Assembly: GCA_043228905.1 (NCBI GenBank)
Contig: JBHGNT010000207.1
Location: forward strand, 1 to 53,139
Reading direction: 5' to 3'
Length of the DNA stretch: 53,139 nt
DNA from: Azolla caroliniana
Taxonomy: Eukaryota; Plantae; Polypodiophyta
In this document: in pieces, positions 1-9,472 of the stretch
Numbering within the stretch: position 1 is the first letter of the stretch
Layout of the letters: each line of letters starts with the position of its first letter
Translations under genes and position numbers: made by a program
Notes under the pieces: generated by a model
Told to the model about the DNA's origin: nothing
The model's database searches: none
Seen by the model: the letters and a program-made list of their open reading frames with translations, nothing else

Positions 1-526
1 CTTTCGCCTGCAGTTTAGAATACCAACTTTTCAATTGTTAATGTTCTGGAAATGGTTTGAAGAATTTGATACATAGTGAAACAACCAATAACCTAATTAT
101 CTTTAAGAAAAGGCCTATAAGCATAGCAAACAGCACAAGGGATTGCTGGCATTTGCATATGCCACTATTGCTTGCCCTAAAGAAAATAATAGCACAAGAG
201 TTTTTGAAAACGAAATACAAAAAGAGAGAAAAAAAAAGGTTCGTACACAAACTTAGTTATTGTTTAGTCAGACATATATAGTTAGAACTCTATATGTTAT
301 CTCTCTCTGAGTTACATAATAGTCTCTGTCTCTCGTATCGAAGCACACACGTACATATCACTATATGGTACGCAAGAGAAGGCGCGAAAAATACAGGCAA
401 TGGAGACATATGTAAAGCATGTTGTAAGTAGATATGTTTAATGAACTTCAAAGATCAGGTTGCTCTTGATTTTTCCATTTCTCTAAAAATTTAAAAACTT
501 TTGCGGGGTAATCTTTGAAAACATAC

Positions 527-1746
527 CTTAGCGAGCTCGGAATGCAATATAAAACGATCGGTGTTCGGTTCCATTGACGTCACTGTACCCTTGTGTATAG
601 ACCCATCTCGCAACTAAAACATCCCAAATAGCTTTATTTAGCCCATAATCAGCAATTCAGGATAGCCTCAGAACCATTCACTGTACCTAGCCAAAAACTA
701 GATATCCCTCATTTTTATCAAAGCATGATTTGAATGTTTGGTTGCTTGTAAATTCATTCTGGGCCTGATTAATTATATGCAGACCATAATATATGCTCGT
801 GTTCAATGATACATTCAAACATAGGACACAAGGAGAAAGGGTTGTTCAGTTATTTATTCATGCACCTGTATATGACTGTTATGATGCAAAACATAGATAT
901 ATGCATGTGTATGTTATATCTTCTTCATTCAAACATATAAAACAGACCTCAAAGCAGACATATTTCCAACTTCACTCGATCCACATGAAAACCCTTAGAA
1001 ACCTCAATTTCTAAATGAATGCTTTTCTTTCTCTTTTCCAACAGCCTAGAATATGTGTCGAATGTTCAGTTGCTTCTATATGCAGCTAGAATCTAGAAAT
1101 GTGTGAACCATACAAACCATAGATATATGAAGATGTACACTGCGTATCCCCCTAAGCATACTAAACCCTCAACATATTATACAATAAGTGAAAGGAGTGT
1201 GGTGTGTGAACAATCTTGTTTTTCCATCTCTACTTAATTCACACACAATCAGGGCCATCAAATGCATCAACCTCAAAACTATTTATCTTTATCATTTTCT
1301 ATGAGGATTTTGTCGTACAATCAGTTGCTTGTGCATGCATCTAAATTTGAATGTCTTTATGAAAACTACGGATGTATGAATACATTCATAGTACGTATCT
1401 TTAGACGAACCTGATAGAACAATGTTGTCTTTCCTGACCCACTTAATCCCACTAACAAAATAGTGTCTGTTCTTTTCCTCCGAACCGCAGTGCGATAAAC
1501 TGGCCAGGCAAAATGAAACAATAAATCACTAAAAAACTAAACAAAAAGAATAGAAACAATAATAACTATGTATCAAATAGAAACAGTGGAAGGCAGTTTT
1601 GAACCAAGGAAGAAGAGGAGGAAACAGAGAGTGGCCAGAGATACAGCTATGGTGGTACCAATCTGCAGGGGTGGGATCTCTACTCCCAACTTCTCTCCCA
1701 CGAAGGGATGCAAGGGAAGATCAATGGCGTCCTTGGATATCGCCAT
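527..1746 (-). CDS. SRPRB: Signal recognition particle receptor beta subunit (SR-beta GTPase), 5' exons; gene continues beyond the left edge
   Basis: Exons 1746-1605 (MAISKD...IPPLQIGTTIAVSLATLCFLLFFL, TM anchor), 1499-1411 (VYRTAVRRKRTDTILLVGLSGSGKTTLFYQ, P-loop), 613-527 (LRDGSIHKGTVTSMEPNTDRFILHSELAK). All GT-AG with matching phases. Matches the plant SR-beta signature GxxGSGKT.LFYQLRDGS.H.GTVTSMEPN. A further exon may start at position 7 (acceptor at 8-9). Confidence 0.92.
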
Positions 1747-1808
1747 GGCTCCTTTTCTCTGCAGGAGCCGGGAAAACAGAGTAAATTCATACTTACACAC
1801 AAGCTAAT

Positions 1809-1975
1809 GCGTGTGTATGTATGTATGTATGTATGTAGGTGTGTGTGTGTATGTATGTATGTATGTATGTATGTATGTATGTATGTATGTATGTATGTGT
1901 GACATGTGTGTGTATGTAGTGTGCATCCATGTGTGTGTGTATGTATGTATGTGTGTATATGTATGTATATATGTA
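1809..1975. repeat. Compound (TATG)n/(TG)n microsatellite upstream of SRPRB
   Basis: Directly visible gtat/gt repeats. Confidence 0.95.
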
Positions 1976-2124
1976 GCGTGACGTGTCTAACTGCTACCAA
2001 ATATTAAAGAGGGCTGATGAGGGAATCACGACCACGGATGCTGCATGGCGGAGGGTTGAGGGCGCATATGATCTGCACCGTCTGATTTGGATAAAAAAAA
2101 GTGCGCCAGTGAAAAAGTAGTTAC

Positions 2125-2262
2125 TAGACACCCGACCCGCAGTAATCAGACACCCTGCTCATAATTCTTAGAAACCTTGTTCATAATTGTGAGACACCCT
2201 GCTCGTAATTGTCAGACACCCTGCCCAAATCAAACACCCTACCCATAATTGTCAAACACTCG
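2125..2262 (+). repeat. Degenerate ~20-22 bp tandem array (CAGACACCCTGCTCATAATTGT), array 1
   Basis: About 7 copies of the agacaccct core. Confidence 0.8.
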
Positions 2263-3139
2263 ACTTAGAAGGGCTTCTGGTATAAAAAGAAGCATCAACT
2301 CAATTTCATCTTCATACCCACATTGCACTTGGGTCATTGGGTGTTGTGGAAGAAGATGTGGCACAATCTGGAAGATGTCGATAGTACGAAGATGACCAGC
2401 GAGGTGCTCTATTGTGATCCACTTAATAATGATGCAACAAGCACTTTTAAGAGTCTAACAAAGATGGCCATATTGACCATATGTAACGGCAACAACTATT
2501 GCATCCTAACGGAGGGTCAACATCACCAAGTGCATATCGCAACCCAACCCAATGGGTGGGACTATGGATATTACATGATGTAGACCATTTGGATGCTTGT
2601 AGAGGAGTTCATCCTAGGTTTTGCATCTTTCGATTTTGTAAGTACGGCCTGACATGTGGATTGCATGGAACTCTTATAAGTAATGTGTGAGTTCTTATAG
2701 TCACACCTTTTTTACAAGGTACTGAGAAATTGTTTGCATATGAGGACGTTCAACTCCTTCGGACAAACATGGCGAAATGGGCTCGAAGGATTTTGGGATT
2801 TCCGATTTCATAGCCATGATTGTTTTTGTATATGCCTCGCTATTTATATGAATCAACCAATTTTATATATGAAGTTGCCTTCGAAATGTATATGAATCAA
2901 CCAATTTTGTAGAGACCACATTTTGTATATGCCTTGGATTGTATATGAAGGCCACATTTTGTATACTCTTGATCATGTATATGAATACAATCTTTTGCAC
3001 ATTTTATATATGAATATACTCTTTGGCACATTTTGTATGTCATAAATATTTGGTGTGTATGGTAAACATGTATGGAAAAATGTATGAAGATCATAAGTAC
3101 GAAAAAATGCATTGATCATGCACAACAGACATAGATCAT

Positions 3140-3320
3140 GCCACCCTGTGGATAATCAGATGCCCTACCGATTAATCAGACACCCTACTAGTTTCAAATA
3201 CCCTACCCATTAATCAGGCACCCTACTAGTTTCAGATGCCCTACCCATTAATAAGACACCCTGCTCATAAATCAGACAACCTACTAGCTTTAGGTGCCCT
3301 ACCCATTCATCACATGCCCA
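3140..3320 (+). repeat. Degenerate ~19-21 bp tandem array (AATCAGACACCCTACCCATT), array 2
   Basis: About 9 copies of the same core, in the same orientation as array 1. Confidence 0.8.
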
Positions 3321-3994
3321 ACTAATAACAAAGGCCATAATGATCGGTGCTAACTACATGTAATGATGGTTTCCAATAATCAAATTAACGTCCAAATAAA
3401 TAGCTTGATAGCACTCATTAGCTATAATCATACTCATTTTCCCAATTGAGCATAGAATAATCACACTAATTTGAGAAAAATACATATAAGCTTCCCAATT
3501 TGACAATTATCCATTATGAGTTTAATCATGTAGTGCTTGGCAGGAAGATTTCCTTCGTGCCATCATGATGAACTATGAAGTTATCTCAATTTTTGCAATG
3601 TCAAAGGACAATCCAATCATGCCTCTTCATACTCCACAAGTTCTAAGAACAATAATGAGTCTTCTACATTTGAACAGGAGGACGAGGCGGTGGATCCCGT
3701 CATGTATTGTTCCCCCCGGTATTTTTCGTTTACAAGAGGTACATATGACTTTATGGTTAATGATTTATTAGGGAACATTAAGGTAACATTGGAAACATTA
3801 TGTGATGTCCCAAGGGGTGCACCTCTCAATCTCCATGCATGGAGGCACATGAAGAGTCGAATCATGCTTCAAAATGAGAATGACATCTACCTTAAGGCAT
3901 CTTCTAACCTTCAAGTGATATACCAAGAGAAATGGAGGGAGGTAGTATTTGCATCACATGGTGTCACATCACATCACCCAGGTAGTACAACACT

Positions 3995-4702
3995 TTTCTC
4001 GCTCCTTGTTCCCATACCGGGAAGTCCTTGTGTGCCGGCTCCGACACTACCTCGTTTGCTCCTTCGACATAACTCTAGTACCCGTGTCCAAGTAGGTATT
4101 GGTGCATCTTGTATGACCAAGACATGTAGTTGTTCTTGTTGCGCTTCTCTGTTGGAAGCGAGCTTGTTATACTTCTATCCAACTTCTTCTTTTGTCTGTT
4201 CTTTACCAGAGGCTAGGGTCTGTCCGAGTTAAGCGTTTGTCGGGAATAGAGGATGTTCTAACCCTCGCACTTTGATACCATGAAAAGAATAGTGTGCGGA
4301 AGCTTGTAGACACAATTGGCTCAGCCGGATAACAATAGAAAACAGAACTAAGGTTTAATGGAAAGCTTGAAGATACACACAGAGAGTACACGGGAGAGAC
4401 ATAGAGAGTAGAACAATAAAACTCTATTTCAAAATAAACTCAATACTCTATACATACAATGTGCTCTGTGAGCACTTTTTATACAAATCCTTAAAAGGAC
4501 TAACAGAAGTACTGACATGTACTTCAATGCTCGTATTGAGTGACTGACACTAACTCCTAAGAATATACCTATGTACTAGTCTAGGACCGTAGGCCTCTAA
4601 CGACCTACCAGTTACATCGATTTGGCTCTTCATTTTGGATACCGATTCCGGCTCTTGGCTTATTCAGCCAATCTGGATCATGTTGAGCTTGTTCGCTCAA
4701 CA
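3995..4702 (-). mobile_element. Truncated Ty1/copia 5' end: LTR 4702-4281, PBS (tRNA-iMet type) 4280-4269, decayed gag start
   Basis: LTR reads TGTTGAGCG...TTTTCA on the minus strand and is followed by TGGTATCAAAG. Gag remnant SLPTEK..NYMSWSYKMHQYLLGHGY*SYVEG. LTR is similar to those at 16950 and 20259. Confidence 0.85.
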
Positions 4703-4845
4703 ATCACTTTGTATCGGGACTGTGCAACTTCAGGGAAGCTTGGCCTAGAGAAGATCTCCACAACCGACAACATATCAGATAGGATGACCAAGTGTCTCAC
4801 AATTGACCAATTTCAATCATTTTGGCACCAAATGGGTTGTTTCTT
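4703..4845 (+). pseudogene. Copia RNase H C-terminal remnant
   Basis: RDCATSGKLGLEKISTTDNISDRMTKCL..FQSFWHQMG aligns with the end of the intact Pol at 45830 (RDCVISGKIGLEKISTTDNVADGMTKCLSADRFQSLRHQMG). Confidence 0.8.
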
Positions 4846-4889
4846 TGATCTTGCTCTACCATGCTAACTCAGTGATCTTCTAAGCATAG

Positions 4890-5620
4890 ATGTTGTTCTT
4901 GTCTGCACTAACGGTCTCAGACTCCAACAACCACCTCTATCAATGGATGTGTCAACTCATGCATTGCATGATGGAATCTGTGTTCAATGCGATGTGTGAG
5001 GAGTTAAAGGTAGAGTATGTGGACAAACCCAATGTTTGGCAATATATCGAAGGAGGATGGTGTGGATTAGCATGTGCGTGGAGAAAACAATGACCCATGT
5101 TTGGTAGATTATTCAACTATGGACATGTTGACATTACCATTATTGTAGAGAGACATGTGCAATTTATCAAGTATATCGCCTTGTGAGGTAGAATAAACTG
5201 ATCTATTATTGATATAGTGCATGTCTTGATCAGGGATAGTGAAACTGATGCTTGCATCGAAGGGACTGTCATTGAATGGTACATGCAATGACAAGAAATA
5301 TGTGAGAGTGGTAGGTTTGTGCCCCGTGCCGAAACAAGTGAGGTGATCCATTTCCTACGCATGTAACAAAGAAGACGATGCCCTCAACATCTCTTTCTGA
5401 ATGCCACAATGTTGCCCCCAAGGAGTTCATTGTTTCCGAAACTGTGTGACGAAAGGCATACATACATACATACATATACACACACTATAGATGGATTGAG
5501 TTCAGTCATCATCCAAAGAGACGGATTAAGTATATGTTGTGGATTGTGGCCAATTTCAAACACTTGATCGAAGGCCGGGAGACTATGACAAGTCAAAGCA
5601 TCGTGTGTTATTTAGGAGCA
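4890..5620 (+). pseudogene. Possible decayed Mutator-like (MULE) transposase remnant
   Basis: Reading through stops gives ...WQYIEGGW..ACAWR....GHVDITIIVERHVQFIKY..., loosely like the MULE W..AWR / T.N..E..H..IK segment. Weak. Confidence 0.3.
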
Positions 5621-6059
5621 TTTGATCCCTTCATGGTGTGGAAGGATATGGTGTCAGGGGTATTTTGGTAATTCTTATAAACTTGGGGGGCGGGCGGGGG
5701 GAGGGTATTTCTGTGTAAATACCCAAATTTTGGTGGGTGCCCCCACATATGGCTATGGCTATGGCTATGGCCATGGATCAATCGTCATCATCTTTCACAC
5801 TTCTTCTTCCACAACCCTCCTGTGAGGATGGATCTTCGCCTCTTATGGTCTCGTAGCTCTCCATGATCCCCGTCAGAACCATGGAGTAATCCTAACACAA
5901 CGAAGGTAAACTTTCATCCTTTTCTTTATCGTCTAATCGTTTATTATCTTATGGTTCCTCCATCGTTTCTGTCACAAATTTCTCCTCAGATAGAGAGAGA
6001 GAGGGGGGGGGGGGGAGAATGAACTGTTACTTATGTGAGAGAAGAAAAGATGACATAAT

Positions 6060-8798
6060 GTGAACGATGATAATGATGAGCTCATAGTGTATGGTCTCAT
6101 CAATTCTATGTTAAGAGATAATCAGTTACTTGTAAGACAGGAGAAAAGATGGAATGCTTTGAAGGAAGAAGATGACGAGTATATAATGTATGGTCCTGGT
6201 CTGATAAGATGTGTTTTGAAAGATGATCATCTATTTGTAATTGAAAGGAGAGGATGGAATGAAGTGAAGGAAGGCGATGATGACCACAGAATGCATGGTC
6301 CTGTTAGTTCTACTTTGAAAGACAATAAAGACAGCCAAATTCTTATACGACCAACGAAATGTTGGAATGATGTGAAGGATGATGAGCACACAAGCTATGG
6401 TGTGAGATCCACTTTGAAATATAACAAAGAGGACCAATTCCCTATAAGAGAGAAGAAAAGACGGAATGGTGGCAAAAATGATGACGAGCCTTCGAAAGAT
6501 AACCAGTTCTTTGTGAGAGAGAAGAAAGGATGGAATGATGTGAAGGAAGAAGATGAAGAGGACCACATGCATTGTGATAAAAAACTCAAGGACCGATCTG
6601 CCCTTTTGAAATTAATTGATGCTTGCAGTAAACGAAAAGAAGTCGATAAAGGCCATAGGATACTTGCCTACGTTTCTAATAGGAATTCACTCCAAAAAGA
6701 TGTTTTCCTTTGCAATGCACTTATTAGTATGTATGTCAAATGTGGTAGACTTGCAAAAGCTCAAGAAATACTGGATGGAATTCCAGTAAGGAATGTTATA
6801 TCTTGGAATAACATTATTGCCGGATATGCCCGAGATGGGATTTGTCAAAAAGCTTTTGATTGCTTAAAAAGAATGAGAGAGGAGGGTGTCTCTCCGAATG
6901 CTGTGACCTTTACCTGTATTTTAAAAGTATGTAGTATCATGCGCTCAATTGATAGAGGAAAAGAGATACATTGTGAGGTCACTAAGAAGGGGCTCTTGAG
7001 AAAAAATGTTGTGCTTGGGACCGCCTTGATTGATATGTATGCTAAATGTGGTGAACTTGAAACTGCAAGGGAAGTATTGAACCAACTTTCAGAGAAAGAC
7101 GTGGTCTCCTGGACTGCTTTGATCGCTGGATATGTCCAACATGGGTTCTATGATGAAGCTCTCTGTTGCTTCTCACAGATGAAAGCAGAAGGTCTCTCTC
7201 CAAACAAAGTCACATTTTCATGCATTTTGAAAGCTTGTAGCAGCATAAGATCGAGTGAACAAGGACAAGAGATACATGCTGAACTCAACAAACAGGGCTT
7301 ATTGGAAAAAGATATTGTGCTCGGCACCACATTAGTGGACATGTATGCCAAGTGTGGCATGCTTGAAAAAGCACAAGAAGTATTTGACAGTCTTCCAGTT
7401 AGGAATATTATTTGTTGGACTGCACTTATCACTGGGTATGCCCAACATGAGCTTGGTAATGAAGCTCTAACTTCCTTTGCACAAATGCAACGTGAGGGTT
7501 TCTCTCCAGATGCTGTGACGTATGCTTGCATCCTAAAAGCTTGTGGAAACATACGATCAATAGAGAAAGGGGAAGAAATTCATGCTGAGATCACCAAGCA
7601 GGGGTTATTGGAAAATGATATTGTACTTAGGACTGCACTAGTTGACATGTATGCCAAGTGTGGTGCAATGGGAAAGGCTCGGAAAGTGTTTGATGAGATT
7701 ATAACACCAAACGTGGTATGTTGGAATGCACTAATTTCTGGGTATGTCCAACATGAGCTTGCAAATGAAGCTTTACACTGCTTTACCCAAATGCGAGCCA
7801 TGGGTCTCTTCCCAGATGCATTCACTTTCACTTGCATTTTGAAAGCTTGTGGCAGATTAGGCTCAGCTGAGAAAGGTCAAGAGATTCATATTGAGGTCCG
7901 CAAGTGGGGGCTATTGGAAAAAGATCCTGTACTTCGTAATGCATTGGTAGACATGTATGCAAAATGTGGTATGTTTCTAAAAGCACAAGAAGTATTCGAT
8001 GAACTTCCAACACAGAATGTTGTCTCTTGGAATGTGTTGATCACTGGATACACACAACATGGGTTTTCTGATGAAGCTTTGAATTGCTTCAGACGGATGC
8101 AAGATGATGATGTCTCCCCCGATGAAGTTACCTTTGCTTGCATTTTGAAAGCTTGTGGCAGCATAGGATTTGCAAACAAGGGGAAAGAGATACATGCTGA
8201 AATAAACATGCAAGGCTTATTGGGTGAAAATGCAGTTCTCGGAACTGCATTGGTGGACATGTATGCGATGTGTGGCATGATTCACAAAGCTGAAGAGATT
8301 TTTGGCGAGCTCCCCATACGAGATGTCATCTCATGGAATGTACTTCTCTCTGGATATGCGCAGCTTGGTCAAGTGAAAAAGGTTTTTATTTCATTAAATA
8401 AGATGTTAGCAGAAGAGTCTGTGCCAGATGCTATTACATTTGTTATTTTGCTATCTGCTTGCAGCCTAACAGGTCTTGTAGAGGAGGGACAGGTGTACTT
8501 TTATGCTTTGAAATCTATATACTATTTCACTCCAAGCTTGGAACACCATACTTGCATGGTAAACCTTTTTGGCCATACTGGACAGCTCAGCAAAGCCATC
8601 ATGGTCATTGAGAATGTCTGTGAAACCGATTGTATTCAGCTATGGTCAGCTTTACTAGGCTCTTGTCAAAAACATAACTCTTTAGATGTTGGGAGATGGG
8701 CCTTTGAACAGTCAGCACAGTTGGATAAAGACAATGCTGCTGCATATGTTTGCATGAGTAACATATATGCAGCTGCTGCCACACAAAAGGAGCTGTAG
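6060..8798 (+). CDS. PLS-class pentatricopeptide repeat protein with E domain and no DYW; N-terminal ~180 aa of unusual repeats
   Basis: Intronless ORF with about 6 P-L-S triplets (e.g. GTALVDMYAKCG...A..VFD.L..RNVVSWNALI.GYAQHG...TF.CILKACG), ending LWSALLGSCQKH...AAAYVCMSNIYAAA. The track start is GTG; the first in-frame ATG is 6108. Confidence 0.93.
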   Translation: MNDDNDELIVYGLINSMLRDNQLLVRQEKRWNALKEEDDEYIMYGPGLIRCVLKDDHLFVIERRGWNEVKEGDDDHRMHGPVSSTLKDNKDSQILIRPTKCWNDVKDDEHTSYGVRSTLKYNKEDQFPIREKKRRNGGKNDDEPSKDNQFFVREKKGWNDVKEEDEEDHMHCDKKLKDRSALLKLIDACSKRKEVDKGHRILAYVSNRNSLQKDVFLCNALISMYVKCGRLAKAQEILDGIPVRNVISWNNIIAGYARDGICQKAFDCLKRMREEGVSPNAVTFTCILKVCSIMRSIDRGKEIHCEVTKKGLLRKNVVLGTALIDMYAKCGELETAREVLNQLSEKDVVSWTALIAGYVQHGFYDEALCCFSQMKAEGLSPNKVTFSCILKACSSIRSSEQGQEIHAELNKQGLLEKDIVLGTTLVDMYAKCGMLEKAQEVFDSLPVRNIICWTALITGYAQHELGNEALTSFAQMQREGFSPDAVTYACILKACGNIRSIEKGEEIHAEITKQGLLENDIVLRTALVDMYAKCGAMGKARKVFDEIITPNVVCWNALISGYVQHELANEALHCFTQMRAMGLFPDAFTFTCILKACGRLGSAEKGQEIHIEVRKWGLLEKDPVLRNALVDMYAKCGMFLKAQEVFDELPTQNVVSWNVLITGYTQHGFSDEALNCFRRMQDDDVSPDEVTFACILKACGSIGFANKGKEIHAEINMQGLLGENAVLGTALVDMYAMCGMIHKAEEIFGELPIRDVISWNVLLSGYAQLGQVKKVFISLNKMLAEESVPDAITFVILLSACSLTGLVEEGQVYFYALKSIYYFTPSLEHHTCMVNLFGHTGQLSKAIMVIENVCETDCIQLWSALLGSCQKHNSLDVGRWAFEQSAQLDKDNAAAYVCMSNIYAAAATQKEL

Positions 8799-9161
8799 CA
8801 TATTATGGTAGCATAGAATGATTACAAGAATCCATTTCACAAAAATCTGGGATAGGATTTGCATGTGCAATTGCACATGACGAAGTGATCAGCATTGTTT
8901 GCTAGTCTTATCAGATCTTGAATGGATTGTGGAAATATTTCATTGACCAGCCACTATTTTTCTCATAAGCAGTCAGTGAAATGTATAAAGATTTCCATTT
9001 CTCTTGCAATCAGTTCAAGATATCAGAGATTCAATGATATTCTTTGATCACTTCCAGGATGTCTATATTATTGCTGATATGATCAGTTCTTTTTTACCTC
9101 TCTAAAAAGAAGAAATGAAACATGATTACATTCAGCCAACACAACGTCAAAATTAAGACCG

Positions 9162-9388
9162 AAAACTTCAATTTGTTGTATAAAAGCAACTTTGCAAACC
9201 CTGTTGTGGGTCTGAAGGACATTCAATAGTTAATCGCAGCTTCTGAAGAGCCCTATAATTAGAGCTTTCAAAACAAAACCTCCAATTTACTGTATAAAAG
9301 CAACTTCAAGAACCCCATTGTAGGTCTGATGGACAATAAGTTAATCATAGCTTTTGATGAGACATATGAATAGAGCTTCAAAACAAAG
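9162..9388. repeat. Two diverged tandem copies of a ~113 bp unit between the convergent PPR and SLBP stops
   Basis: caattt..tgtataaaagcaactt...ggtctga.ggaca...gttaatc..agctt.tga.gag...agagctt.caaaacaaa occurs twice (starts near 9162 and 9275). Confidence 0.85.
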
Positions 9389-9472
9389 CATTCTACTGAG
9401 CAAGCTTTTCTATAGGCCTTGAAATCGCATCATAACAGAGAATTTGAGCATGGCCATTTCCCTGTTCCTTCT

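Noticed and set aside
1680-2000. His/Thr/Tyr-rich ORFs, and the Glu-rich ORF at 28340-28648
   Set aside because: Translations of microsatellites.
2125-3320. CRISPR-like appearance of the short repeat arrays (also 33600-34757)
   Set aside because: Units are adjacent and degenerate with no unique spacers; eukaryotic context with no cas genes.
3690-4232. 180 aa ORF as a gene
   Set aside because: GTG start; its second half is the antisense of a decayed copia gag, and the first half has no recognisable domain.
7148-8278. Antisense ORFs over the PPR gene, and similar ones over SLBP exon 1 and retroelement pol
   Set aside because: Shadow ORFs of real coding frames with no independent motifs.
9236-9253. 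Histone stem-loop look-alike GGGCTCTTCAGAAGCTGC on the minus strand in the SLBP 3' region (possible autoregulation)
   Set aside because: It does not form the 6 bp stem and 4 nt loop (GGCTCT-TTTC-AGAGCC), and the second repeat copy does not keep it. I saw no histone gene or canonical hairpin in the window.
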